From Saccharofermentans sp. (lineage in GTDB: Bacteria; Bacillota; Clostridia; Saccharofermentanales; Saccharofermentanaceae), in the NCBI GenBank assembly GCA_024682215.1, contig JAIKZM010000088.1, positions 25,345 to 89,344 of the forward strand: DNA of 64,000 nt, read 5' to 3'. Position numbers and translations under genes: made by a program. The notes beneath the pieces were generated by a model. That model was not told the DNA's origin. It saw nothing but the letters and a program-made list of their open reading frames with translations, and made no database searches. The first letter of the stretch is position 1. Each line of letters starts with the position of its first letter. Shown one piece after another: positions 9,385 to 19,085 of this stretch.

Positions 9385-10347
9385 TCAAGAAACATCTTCT
9401 TCCAAAGATGCGCGCGTTATGCTTCCGCTGCTGATCGAGTACATGTAGACGCTGTCGGAGAGGCGTTCGGAGGGTCTTACACTTTCGTTGTTGGTAGTCT
9501 TTACGATGTTCGCAAGTTTATTCTGCTTGTAATAGGTATCAGTCGAGAGGACGATCAGATCGTGAACGGATGATGGCAGTATATAGCAGTCAGTTCCTAT
9601 CTTTTTGGCCACCTCTGCTATAACTTCACTGTACAAAAGTGCGTTTGCGCCGAAGAAATCGTGCTTATTGGTAACCACATAGACGCGTTCCTTCATCGGT
9701 GTCTTCGTATATCCGGGGAATGCTTCCTTTATCTCTTCCTCATCAGCTCCCCATCTTCTCATCAGACGTCTCATTATGACCTCTATCCTTTCCGACTTGA
9801 ACGGGAATAGCCTCTTGGTGTTCTCAAACGCGCAGTTATACAGGTCGCTTTCGGTAAGGCCTTCAACCTCGGCAATGTCATTAGTGATAAGGAATCCCGA
9901 AACGCCTGAATTGCTAATGCCGGTAATCGCCCTGTAGACGACTGAAAGGTCCTCGAAATTCCTGTGCGGACACCTGACGAGCATTTCAATATTATCCTGC
10001 GTGTTTACGATCTGGAAAACTATCTTCTCCTTTACTGTGGAGAAATCAAGAGAAAGGATGTTCTTGGGAATGAATTTGATCGATTCCTCAAGATATACCG
10101 CCTGTTCTGACATAGTCTGTTCGAACGATCCCGACTCCTCATACTGCGCATAAAGCCTCTCCATGTAGAATGTCGGCGCGATAAAAGCCTTGCATGGTTC
10201 CCTGGGTTTTATGGCAATACCCGTAAGCACCTCATTGAGCTTAGGTACCTGATGGAGCTCCAGTACGCAATCCGAATACCTTTCCGGAAGGTAATCAATG
10301 AACTCGCTCATGACCCGTTCCTTGAACTCTTCGTAATCCATCAACAT
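9385..10347 (-). CDS. DUF5688-like protein
   Basis: N-terminal MDYEEFKERV...KLNEVLTGI...APTFY and C-terminal GANALLY...YILPSSVHDLI...LSDSVY are typical of this clostridial family. SD AGGAGG lies before the ATG at 10347. Confidence 0.7.
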   Translation of the reverse strand: MLMDYEEFKERVMSEFIDYLPERYSDCVLELHQVPKLNEVLTGIAIKPREPCKAFIAPTFYMERLYAQYEESGSFEQTMSEQAVYLEESIKFIPKNILSLDFSTVKEKIVFQIVNTQDNIEMLVRCPHRNFEDLSVVYRAITGISNSGVSGFLITNDIAEVEGLTESDLYNCAFENTKRLFPFKSERIEVIMRRLMRRWGADEEEIKEAFPGYTKTPMKERVYVVTNKHDFFGANALLYSEVIAEVAKKIGTDCYILPSSVHDLIVLSTDTYYKQNKLANIVKTTNNESVRPSERLSDSVYMYSISSGSITRASLEEDVS

Positions 10348-10379
10348 CTTTAATGTCCTCCTGACTGATTTTTTGCATG

Positions 10380-10422
10380 AAAAAAACGCACCTTCGGGAC
10401 ACAAGGTCCAAAAAGGTGCGTT
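10380..10422 (-). terminator. Intrinsic terminator-like hairpin in the DUF5688 leader
   Basis: Minus strand: arms AACGCACCTT and AAGGTGCGTT enclose an inner GGAC/GTCC stem and run into a T7 tract. Confidence 0.65.
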
Positions 10423-10440
10423 CATTTCTTTCGCATTATC

Positions 10441-10469
10441 AGTATAGGAAGCTGTTAAGTCTCATTCAA
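10441..10469 (-). promoter_or_regulatory. sigma-A-like promoter upstream of the hairpin and DUF5688 gene
   Basis: Minus strand TTGAAT (10469-10464), 17 nt spacer, TATACT (10446-10441). Confidence 0.6.
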
Positions 10470-10493
10470 CATGAAAAAGTCTCTATTTTTTAC

Positions 10494-11138
10494 TCATACG
10501 GCCTTGCTTATAACGACGGCCATGTCGCCTTCAGAAGCCGTTATGCTTATGCTTGCAGCGTCTTTGACAGGTTTGTTTGAAAAAGACAACGTCTTTCCGA
10601 ATTCAATAGTTCCGTTATCCAAAGGATAGTAAAGTCCTGTTGTGGTAATGCCCGAAACCGAAGCAGTCAGAGGCACGAGCGAAACTGAGGTATCATTGCC
10701 CCATCTTGAAACATCAGCCGAAAGAGAATCTTTTCCCGAAAGGAAAAACACCTGTGTGATGCCGTCATCAAGAACGATGCTCTTACCTTCCTTATGCATG
10801 GAACTTGCCATCTGAAGATTGGCAATTATGTGATCCAGCCTGCCGGTAAGCGGGCATACCACGGTTATCTCATTTCCGTCGGGAATAAAAGACAGCGCGA
10901 TCTCAGTATCTGTCATGTCCTTTTCAACAGGATAAGTCTTTACGGGAATGCCTGTTTCCTTTATCTTCTCAAGGCCTTCTCCGCTGACTGAATCGAAATC
11001 GCCTACAGCAAATGCAGGCCTGATCCCGTTATTGATGCAGAAATCGATCCCGGCATCGGCAGCAATGACTTCGCCGTCTCCAATTACACGGGAAGCTTCG
11101 GAAGTAAGCGGGCCGCCGGTTACGACATAGTAATGCAC
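10494..11138 (-). CDS. thiN: Thiamine pyrophosphokinase
   Basis: AADAG, VGDFDS, EKDMTDTEIA, GRLDH and GLYYPL motifs; follows rpe. Confidence 0.93.
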   Translation of the reverse strand: MHYYVVTGGPLTSEASRVIGDGEVIAADAGIDFCINNGIRPAFAVGDFDSVSGEGLEKIKETGIPVKTYPVEKDMTDTEIALSFIPDGNEITVVCPLTGRLDHIIANLQMASSMHKEGKSIVLDDGITQVFFLSGKDSLSADVSRWGNDTSVSLVPLTASVSGITTTGLYYPLDNGTIEFGKTLSFSNKPVKDAASISITASEGDMAVVISKAV

Positions 11139-11782
11139 GATCTGAGCTCCTCTACGGCCTTGCCTGCATCTTCAGCTCCGAAAACGGCGCTTCCTGCGAC
11201 GAAATATCTCGCGCCGGCATCGTATGCTTCCTTGATGGTCTTCCTGTTGATGCCGCCGTCTACGGAAAGGAACGTATTAGCGCCCTTTTCGTCTATGGCT
11301 TTTCTGACTTTTGAGATCCTCTCGTCAGAACCTGCGAGATAACTGCTTCCGCCAAAGCCCGGAACAACAGTCATGACAAGGATAAGATCGACTTTATCTG
11401 CAAAAGGCAGGACTTTTTCAATAGGTGTATGCGGATGGATGGAAATACCGGCTTTAAGTCCGTAAGACCTTATCAGTTCAATGAGAGCGTCAGGATCTTC
11501 AGTGCACTCGATATGAAAAGTGATCATGCTGGCACCGGCATCAGCAAAAGGCTTGACGAACTTCTCCGGATTAGTGAGCATGAGATGCACGTCAAAGAAC
11601 ATGTCGGTATATTTTCTGATGCATTCAACGACCGGAACGCCTATCGAGAGATTATCCACGAAATGGCCGTCCATGACATCAAGATGAAGGTAGTTGGTCT
11701 TCGTTTCCACAGATTTGATATCACGCATGAGATACCCGAAATCAGCAGCGAGCACAGACGGCGCTATCTCAAAATCCATCAT
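11120..11782 (-). CDS. rpe: Ribulose-phosphate 3-epimerase
   Basis: IAPSVLAADF, HLDVMDGHFV, DVHLM, MTVVPGFGG and VDGGI. Confidence 0.96.
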   Translation of the reverse strand: MMDFEIAPSVLAADFGYLMRDIKSVETKTNYLHLDVMDGHFVDNLSIGVPVVECIRKYTDMFFDVHLMLTNPEKFVKPFADAGASMITFHIECTEDPDALIELIRSYGLKAGISIHPHTPIEKVLPFADKVDLILVMTVVPGFGGSSYLAGSDERISKVRKAIDEKGANTFLSVDGGINRKTIKEAYDAGARYFVAGSAVFGAEDAGKAVEELRSCITMS

Positions 11783-12702
11783 AATCTCTTCCTCCGTTTG
11801 TAATTGTTACGGTTATCATAAAGCTCTTTATAGAACTCTCTGTATCTTTGCATCCTGCCCTCGTCTATCATACACTTTTGGAACGCTTCTTCCACAGCAC
11901 ATCCTGCTTCGCCGACATGTCCGCAGTCATCGTAGCGGCAGTCAGATGCATGTTCCATTATCTCGGGATACCCCTTGCAGATATCCTTATGTGTAATACC
12001 AAGATCAAACAGTGACAGCGAAGTAAATCCGGGCGTATCGGTAATGAATCCGTCACCGAAATCGTGAAGCTCGCAGTGTCTGGTCGTATGCTTTCCCCTC
12101 TTGAGCTTAACGCTGATCTCATTGGTCTCCATGGCTCTGGTGCCGAGTATCCTGTTGCAAAGAGAACTCTTTCCGACTCCGGAAGGTCCGGCAAAAGCTG
12201 AAATACCGCTTCCCGTAAGTTCCATAAGAGTCTCTTTGGACACCGGATTATCAGGTGATGAGATCATGACGTCAAAACCTGCTGACCTGTAGATACCTGA
12301 AAGCTTGTTTGCTTCTTCCTCGCCAAGATCGCTCTTGGTAAAGATGATAACCGGCTTGATACCTAAAACGCCCGAAATGATGAGCATCTTATCAAGAAGC
12401 TTAAGATCGGGAACAGGCTCTGTTACCGCGAATGTCAGGAGCAGATAATCAACATTGGCAAGAGGAGGCCTCTGAAGGCTGTTTCTCCTCGAAGCAAATG
12501 CGCTGATGACATACGGAATGTCAACATCGCCTGAGTCTTCGATATATACGGTATCTCCTGCCTGCGGAATGAAATCCTTCTGTCTGAAGGTACCTCTGAC
12601 CGAGCAAAAGACTTTTCTAACGCCCGAATCATCGCTGATCCGGACAGTATAGATTCCGCCAATGCCTTTGGTTATTATTCCTTCGATCTTGTCATCACCC
12701 AT
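11779..12702 (-). CDS. rsgA: Ribosome small subunit-dependent GTPase A
   Basis: Circularly permuted GTPase motifs TKSD, GPSGVGKSS, RGKHTTR, DTPGF; Zn finger CRYDDCGHVGEAGC. Confidence 0.95.
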   Translation of the reverse strand: MGDDKIEGIITKGIGGIYTVRISDDSGVRKVFCSVRGTFRQKDFIPQAGDTVYIEDSGDVDIPYVISAFASRRNSLQRPPLANVDYLLLTFAVTEPVPDLKLLDKMLIISGVLGIKPVIIFTKSDLGEEEANKLSGIYRSAGFDVMISSPDNPVSKETLMELTGSGISAFAGPSGVGKSSLCNRILGTRAMETNEISVKLKRGKHTTRHCELHDFGDGFITDTPGFTSLSLFDLGITHKDICKGYPEIMEHASDCRYDDCGHVGEAGCAVEEAFQKCMIDEGRMQRYREFYKELYDNRNNYKRRKRL

Positions 12703-12719
12703 ATGAGAAGACCAGTCCG

Positions 12720-14885
12720 TCAGCCTTCCGGCTTCACATTGCCGTCAAGGAGAGTCGGCTTTGGATCAGGCTGCGTAGGCGGTGCAGGCGGATCTATGGT
12801 CGGCACCGGTGTCGGAGTCGGCGGAGGTGTAGGCTCCGGAGTAGGCGTTACCGGAGGCGGCGGCGTAGGCTCGGGTGTAGGTGTTACCGGAGGCGGCGGC
12901 GTAGGAGTCGGTGCCGACTTGAAGATAGCCTTGAATACGAGGTTCGTATTGCCTACCTCGAACGTAAAATTGCTTGTAAGTGAAACGATCTCACCGTCAT
13001 TATCTACCCAGGAATCGAACCTGAATCCGGATGCGGGAGTAGCAGTGAGAGTAACCTGAGTTCCCTCATCGTATGAACCGCCGCCGGTTACGGTGCCGCT
13101 TCCCTCACCTACCTTGACCGTTACAACGATCTGCGGAGGTGTAGGCGTAGGTGTACCGCCGTTCTTATAATCTTCCTTTGTACCGATATAGAGCTTGACG
13201 GAAGACTGTCTTGCAACGGATGTACCGGGAACGGGATCCGTGAGCATTACGATCTGTTCTGTTTCCTTGAGCTTTAAGACTTCTGCAGAACCGTCAAGAG
13301 TATATGTGAGATTGCTCTTTTCGAGCATTTCCCTTGCTGCCTTGACCGACTTGCCGACAACGTCAGGAACAACGCTGCTCGTAGGTTCAGTAGCATAGAT
13401 AATGACTACGGCGGATCCTCTGGGGATCGTTGTGCCTGCAGCAGGCTCGGTCTTAATGACAAGACCGGGGCTTACCGTATCTGAAGGCTCAGGCCTGAGC
13501 GATACTTCAAGGTTAAGTGCCGTAAGTGATGAATAAACGTCCTTATAATCAACGCCTGAATAATCCGCGAGCGTGATCGTCTCGTCAGCAGAGGAAACCG
13601 TGATGACGAGCTTGCTGAAAGTGCTGCCGGCAGTTATAACGACGCCTTCGCTGATGCTCTGCGCGATTACGAGACCGGGCTGGAACTCTTCACTCTTCTC
13701 ATATTCAACGGAATAGTTGATCTTATTGGTCTCAAGTTCTTTAATAGCATCTTCGGCCTTCATACCGACATAGTTCTTGACCGTATAATCAAGATTCTGC
13801 TCGATATTCGTTGCGTTGTGCACCGACTTGATGACGAGTACGCCGAGACCGATGAGGACACCTGCGATAACCGTAATGATGAGAGCAAGCAGGATATTGT
13901 CCCTGTATCTTGAAAGCCTGATGGCTTCCGCGCTCTTTTCGATCTCGCTGATCTTGTCGTATTCGGGATTCTGTCTGAAAGAGATGTTGGGCTCTGATAC
14001 TGCAGGGTGCTCCGATGTCTCTGTAATGACACCGTAAACGCCGTTAGGATCTACCAGGAGAGCATCAAGCTCGTCTACGAGCTGTCTCATTGTCTGGTAT
14101 CTTCTCTCAGGCGACTTCTGCATACACTTGTTGATGATGGCATCAAGACCCTGGGGAATGCCCTGCATCATGGAAGAAGCCGAAGGCGGATTCTCCTGCA
14201 GATGCTTGACTGCAATGGAAACATTGGATTCACCGTCGAAAGGGACGCGTCCCGTTACCATCTCAAACAGCGTAACACCGATGGAATAGATGTCGGACTG
14301 AGGGCCGACCTTGCTGCCCCTTGCCTGTTCAGGCGAGAAATAATGTACAGAACCGATAACGCCGCCCGTCATTGTGATCGTGGTTGATGAAGCCGCGCGC
14401 GCAATGCCGAAGTCGGTGATCTTGGAAACCTTGTCTCTTGATATAAGTATGTTCTGAGGCTTAATGTCACGGTGAACGATGCCCTTCTGGTGGGCATAAT
14501 CCAATGCAAGGCTGATCTGGATAACGATCGGGACCGCATTTCTCCAGTCAAGGTGACCGTTCTGGTTGATCAGATCCTTAACCGTGATACCTTCAACATA
14601 TTCCTCTACGATATATCGGAACTGACCTTCGTGGCCGACACCGAATACCTTAACGATATTGGAGTGGTCAAGCGAAGCGACAGCTTTTGCTTCAGAATCA
14701 AAGCGGCGGATAAACTCTTCATCAGATGAATATTCCGGCTTAAGTATCTTGATAGCTACGTTCAAGCCGGTGTTCATGTCTATTCCAAGGTAGACATTTG
14801 CCATGCCGCCGCTGCCGATAAGCTTAACGATACGGTACTTGTTCGCAAATATCATGCCCTCCGGGCCGTGTGCCTGATTTGCCAT
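12720..14885 (-). CDS. pknB: Stk1/PknB PASTA Ser/Thr kinase with an extra C-terminal beta-repeat domain and Pro/Thr-rich tail
   Basis: IGSGGMANVY, VAIK, HRDIKPQN, DFGIA, GSVHYFSPEQ; TM helix; three PASTA repeats. Confidence 0.93.
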   Translation of the reverse strand: MANQAHGPEGMIFANKYRIVKLIGSGGMANVYLGIDMNTGLNVAIKILKPEYSSDEEFIRRFDSEAKAVASLDHSNIVKVFGVGHEGQFRYIVEEYVEGITVKDLINQNGHLDWRNAVPIVIQISLALDYAHQKGIVHRDIKPQNILISRDKVSKITDFGIARAASSTTITMTGGVIGSVHYFSPEQARGSKVGPQSDIYSIGVTLFEMVTGRVPFDGESNVSIAVKHLQENPPSASSMMQGIPQGLDAIINKCMQKSPERRYQTMRQLVDELDALLVDPNGVYGVITETSEHPAVSEPNISFRQNPEYDKISEIEKSAEAIRLSRYRDNILLALIITVIAGVLIGLGVLVIKSVHNATNIEQNLDYTVKNYVGMKAEDAIKELETNKINYSVEYEKSEEFQPGLVIAQSISEGVVITAGSTFSKLVITVSSADETITLADYSGVDYKDVYSSLTALNLEVSLRPEPSDTVSPGLVIKTEPAAGTTIPRGSAVVIIYATEPTSSVVPDVVGKSVKAAREMLEKSNLTYTLDGSAEVLKLKETEQIVMLTDPVPGTSVARQSSVKLYIGTKEDYKNGGTPTPTPPQIVVTVKVGEGSGTVTGGGSYDEGTQVTLTATPASGFRFDSWVDNDGEIVSLTSNFTFEVGNTNLVFKAIFKSAPTPTPPPPVTPTPEPTPPPPVTPTPEPTPPPTPTPVPTIDPPAPPTQPDPKPTLLDGNVKPEG
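12806..12915 (-). repeat. Coding 36-nt tandem repeat (PPPPVTPTPEPT) in the pknB tail
   Basis: GGCGTTACCGGAGGCGGCGGCGTAGG and GGTGTTACCGGAGGCGGCGGCGTAGG units 36 nt apart. Confidence 0.8.
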
Positions 14886-14890
14886 TTCGT

Positions 14891-15646
14891 TTATACCCCT
14901 GTATTACCGCCGAACGGTCTGCACAGCCCGGCCACTATTGTCGTGTTGTCTGAACTGCCGCCTCTCAATGAAGCATCGATAAGGCATTCACAGACCATTT
15001 TCAGGTCCTTGCGCAGGTTCAGAGCGGTAATGAAATCTTCCTTGTCTATGAACGAATAGAGACCATCCGAGCATAGCATGACGATATCACCGTAACTTAA
15101 ATTATAACTAAAAATATCGGGCTTGAGATATACATTTTCACCAAGCACTTTTAAAAGGACATTGCGTCCGGGATGCACTTTTGCTTCAAGCTCGGATATT
15201 TTGCCCTCTTTTACAAGTTCAGCGGCCTTGTTATGGTCATTTGTGAGCTTCTGTATCTCCCTGCCGTGGCAGAGATAAACCCTCGTATCTCCGATATGAG
15301 AGATCGTGAGTTTCCTGTCATTCAATACGGCACAGGTAAGCGTCGTGCACATGCCCCGGGACTCCGGATGCTCGTATCCGTACCTAATGATCTCAACATT
15401 AGCCTTGTTAAAGACAGAAGAAAGAAAATCTCCTAAGACATTGTCATTCTTAAGCACATCGGGAGCAATCCTTAATTCTGACATCATAGTCTCGACCGCT
15501 ATCCTGCTTGCGATCTCACCGCTTACCTCGCCGCCGAGTCCGTCGGCCACAGCCATGCAAAGGCATCCGCCGATGATCTCAGCAGCGCAGAAATCCTCAT
15601 TTTGTTCCCTTACCGGGCCTTTTTCACTGGCGGAAGAATAAATCAC
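14891..15646 (-). CDS. stp: PP2C-type Ser/Thr phosphatase Stp1/PrpC
   Basis: GPVREQNED, VADGLGG, HIGDTR, LCSDGL, DNTT. Probable GTG start at 15646 overlaps the rlmN stop. Confidence 0.92.
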   Translation of the reverse strand: MIYSSASEKGPVREQNEDFCAAEIIGGCLCMAVADGLGGEVSGEIASRIAVETMMSELRIAPDVLKNDNVLGDFLSSVFNKANVEIIRYGYEHPESRGMCTTLTCAVLNDRKLTISHIGDTRVYLCHGREIQKLTNDHNKAAELVKEGKISELEAKVHPGRNVLLKVLGENVYLKPDIFSYNLSYGDIVMLCSDGLYSFIDKEDFITALNLRKDLKMVCECLIDASLRGGSSDNTTIVAGLCRPFGGNTGV

Positions 15647-16680
15647 TGTTCTTTCGTCTCCATGCCTCGTCTTAACTGACCGCAAGCAGCCATGATATCC
15701 GTACCCATTTCCCTGCGAAGCGTTGCGTTGATGCCGCCTGATTCAAGGATCTCCTGGAATCTCCTGACCCTGTGCTTGGGTGACGTGTGATAATCGCTTC
15801 CCGGGAACTCGTTAGCAGCGATGAGATTTACGTGCCACAGCCCTTTTCCCAGAAGCCTTACAAGCGTCTCTGCATCCTTTTCGCTGTCATTTACATTGGC
15901 AAAGAGGCTGTACTCAAAAGTGAGCCTCCTGTTAGTCTTTGAAACATATCTGCGGCATGCGTCCATAAGCTCGTTAAGAGCGTATTTCCTGCCGATCGGC
16001 ATCAGCTTTTTACGCATTTCATCGGTCGCTGCATGGAGCGAGACCGACAGATTGACCTGAAGGTCGAGTTCGGTAAAACGGTCGATCATGGGCACAAGGC
16101 CGCATGTCGATATGGTAATGTGTCTTGCGCCGAGATTAAGTCCGTTGGGATCGTTTGCAAGCTTAACGAAACCGATAACGGCATCAAAGTTATCAAACGG
16201 CTCTCCGATGCCCATTATTACAACGCTCCTGATGCGCTCACCCATTTCCCTCTGTGAAACGGCAACCTGTGCGAACATTTCACCTGATGAAAGAGACCTG
16301 CCGAATCCGAGTTTTGCAGATGCGCAGAATGTGCAGCCCATCTTGCATCCCGCCTGCGAGGATATGCAAACGGAAAGGCCTGTCTTATAACGCATTACGA
16401 CGGTCTCAATGATGTTGCCGTCATGAAGTTCATATACGAATTTTGTAGTTCCGTCGATCGCTGAAACGAGCTTCTGACGAATCTTAAAACTGCCGAATAT
16501 AAAGCTTTCCTCAAGCTTTGCCCTTACGGCGGCAGGAACATTGTTCATGTCCTTGGTATCTGTTATTCCCGAAGACAGCCATTTATGGATCTGTCCGGCC
16601 CTGTAAGACTGGATGCCGTTTTCCTTGCACCAGAGCTCAAGCTCTTCTTTTGTCAGGTCTAAACAAAACTTACCGCTCAC
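15643..16680 (-). CDS. rlmN: 23S rRNA m2A2503 radical-SAM methyltransferase
   Basis: CISSQAGCKMGCTFCAS, MGIGEP, AACGQL. GTG start at 16680 is coupled to the rsmB stop. Confidence 0.95.
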   Translation of the reverse strand: MSGKFCLDLTKEELELWCKENGIQSYRAGQIHKWLSSGITDTKDMNNVPAAVRAKLEESFIFGSFKIRQKLVSAIDGTTKFVYELHDGNIIETVVMRYKTGLSVCISSQAGCKMGCTFCASAKLGFGRSLSSGEMFAQVAVSQREMGERIRSVVIMGIGEPFDNFDAVIGFVKLANDPNGLNLGARHITISTCGLVPMIDRFTELDLQVNLSVSLHAATDEMRKKLMPIGRKYALNELMDACRRYVSKTNRRLTFEYSLFANVNDSEKDAETLVRLLGKGLWHVNLIAANEFPGSDYHTSPKHRVRRFQEILESGGINATLRREMGTDIMAACGQLRRGMETKEQ

Positions 16681-18098
16681 TCCGGATCTTCCTTTCTGTC
16701 TTTCTCCATCCTGCAGATGAAGAATCCCTCGCATCCGTCAATATCAGGGAAAAGCGTGACCATTCCGTTTTCGGCGGCTTCTTTCCTGCCTTCATCCATT
16801 TCCATGGTATCTGGAAGATATCTCTTTACGGATACCGTATGGAAACTCTTATGTGTTTCAAGGAACGATTCAACCTGAGACTCGTTTTCGTCTCTGTTGA
16901 GCGTGCAGGTGCAGTAGACCAGGGTGCCACCGGGAGCAACCATTTTGGAAGCACTGTCCAGTATCTCCTGCTGAAGGGGCAACAGTTCTTCGATCCGTTC
17001 GAAAGTGATCTTTTCCCTTATGTCAGGCTTTCTGCCGATAAGACCGAGTCCGCTGCACGGAACATCGCACAAGACAAGATCAAAAGACTTTCTTAAGTCC
17101 TTATTTTCTTTGCCGATCTTGGATGCATCGCAACATTTGACCGAGATCGACTTAAGTCCGAGTCTGTTTGCGTTGTCGGTAACAAGCTGCAGTCTGGCTT
17201 CACTGATGTCGCATGAAAGTATGCTGCAGTTGTCATGGCACATCGTGGCCATATGAGTTGATTTACCGCCGGGCGCAGAGCAGCAGTCGAGTATCTTGCT
17301 GCCTTCCGTAGGATCAGCGATCAATGAAGCTAACATAGCCGCTTCACCCTGAATGAACATTCCATAACTTGAATAGATATCAGAATTCTCAAGTCCCTTA
17401 AGGCCGCCTGTTATCTCGATCGCATCTGCGATGAGCTTTGCAGGCTGAGCATAGATACCGGCTTCTTTGAGTTCTTTGATGAGCATATCCTGCCCGATCT
17501 TCGAACTGTCAAATCTAACCGTGGTTCCAGACGGCTTAAGGAAAGCCGATCCGATATCGAAAGCTCTGGACTTGCCGTAATCTTTCTTGAAAATACCGTA
17601 TATCTCAGGCTTTAATGACACCCTGATACCAGGCTTGTACTGTTCGAGATACTTCTTGGCTTCAGGAGCAGATGCGTATTTGCGAACAACGGCGTTAACG
17701 TATCCGGAAACCTTGTGATTGTATTTCTTTGCTATCTCAACCGAAGAATCGGTGACGGCATAATCAGGGATGTTTTCACCGAACTGAAGCTGCCAGACTG
17801 CCATCCTGATTACCGTTCTGGTGACGGGGTCCATCTCATCAGGCTCTTCTTTTGTTATGTGCCTGATAAGGAAATCGATAGTAAAAGTATAAGATAAAGT
17901 GCCATAGAGCATGGCTCTTGTGAAATCAAGTTTTTTACCGGTTTCAGTAGCGGCTTTGTCAGCTTTCTTTATGACCAGATTCGAAAAAGCACCTTCAAAA
18001 TAAACCTGATAGAGCATCAGGAAACAAAGCTCGCGCTCGTTGCCGGCTTCTATGAGCTTTATGATGTCCTTCTTCTTATATCTGATCTGCGTGCTCAT
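16677..18098 (-). CDS. rsmB: 16S rRNA m5C967 methyltransferase (Sun)
   Basis: NusB-like N-terminus; LDCCSAPGGKS, DVPCSGLG, VYCTCT. Confidence 0.92.
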   Translation of the reverse strand: MSTQIRYKKKDIIKLIEAGNERELCFLMLYQVYFEGAFSNLVIKKADKAATETGKKLDFTRAMLYGTLSYTFTIDFLIRHITKEEPDEMDPVTRTVIRMAVWQLQFGENIPDYAVTDSSVEIAKKYNHKVSGYVNAVVRKYASAPEAKKYLEQYKPGIRVSLKPEIYGIFKKDYGKSRAFDIGSAFLKPSGTTVRFDSSKIGQDMLIKELKEAGIYAQPAKLIADAIEITGGLKGLENSDIYSSYGMFIQGEAAMLASLIADPTEGSKILDCCSAPGGKSTHMATMCHDNCSILSCDISEARLQLVTDNANRLGLKSISVKCCDASKIGKENKDLRKSFDLVLCDVPCSGLGLIGRKPDIREKITFERIEELLPLQQEILDSASKMVAPGGTLVYCTCTLNRDENESQVESFLETHKSFHTVSVKRYLPDTMEMDEGRKEAAENGMVTLFPDIDGCEGFFICRMEKDRKEDPE

Positions 18099-18110
18099 TC
18101 ATGCCTCTGA

Positions 18111-19079
18111 TCAGGAAAATACCTGTCCGGGTTTATAATTATGCGCAACATCTCTGGCCATGAGCCTCTTGCCGCCCGCAAACTGAAGTTCGACGATCTT
18201 TAAAAAGCCTTCTCCGCATTTAACGATAAGATCCGCACCCTTTGCAGCAACGACCGTTCCCGGGGCAGCAGATTCAGCAAGAGAAAGATCCGCAAAAGGC
18301 GGAAGGTCATGCGCGATCCTCGAATCGTATATCTTGAGTTTTCTCTCTCCAGCTTCGGTATAAGCACCGGGCCATGAGCTAAGCGCTCTTACCCTGTTAT
18401 GAATTATCTGAACAGGCATGTCCCATGTAAAATGGCCTTCTTCGGAAGAAAGCGGCGGACAGTAAGTAGCCTTTGAATCGTCCTGCTTAACTGGAGTTAT
18501 CCTGCCTTCAACGATATCTGTAACGGCAGAAGGAAGCATAGATGCGGAAAGCTCCGCCAAAGCCATCATGAGCTCATCGGAATGCATGTCAGGACCGATC
18601 TCAAGCTCTTTCTGGATAAGGATATCGCCTGTATCCATTCCTTCAGCCATCTCCATGATCGTTATGCCGGTAACCTTGTCACCGTCCATAACGGCTCTCT
18701 GAACGGGAGCAGAACCTCTCCTTGCAGGAAGAAGGCTGCCGTGGCAGTTGATGCATCCGTATTTGGGAATATTCAGAACATTTACAGGAAGTAGTTTGCC
18801 GTATGCTGCAGTCACGATCATGTCGGGCTTGGCTTCCATGATCTTGTTAAATGCCTCATCAGTCTTTAAAGTATTCGGCTGAAATACCTCAATGCCCTTT
18901 TCAAGTGCAGCGACTTTTACGGGCGGAGGCGTAAGCACCTGTTTTCTTCCGACGGGTTTGTCAGGCTGGCAGCAGCAGAGCACGACATTAAAGCCGGCTT
19001 CGGTAAGCGCCCTGAAATTGACAGCGGCAAATTCAGGCGTACCCATAAATACGATTCTTAAATCGCGGGGATCAGTCAA
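18111..19079 (-). CDS. fmt: Methionyl-tRNA formyltransferase
   Basis: FMGTPEFA, QPDKPVGR, NCHGSLLP, MDTGD. Confidence 0.96.
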   Translation of the reverse strand: MTDPRDLRIVFMGTPEFAAVNFRALTEAGFNVVLCCCQPDKPVGRKQVLTPPPVKVAALEKGIEVFQPNTLKTDEAFNKIMEAKPDMIVTAAYGKLLPVNVLNIPKYGCINCHGSLLPARRGSAPVQRAVMDGDKVTGITIMEMAEGMDTGDILIQKELEIGPDMHSDELMMALAELSASMLPSAVTDIVEGRITPVKQDDSKATYCPPLSSEEGHFTWDMPVQIIHNRVRALSSWPGAYTEAGERKLKIYDSRIAHDLPPFADLSLAESAAPGTVVAAKGADLIVKCGEGFLKIVELQFAGGKRLMARDVAHNYKPGQVFS

Positions 19080-19085
19080 ACGGAA

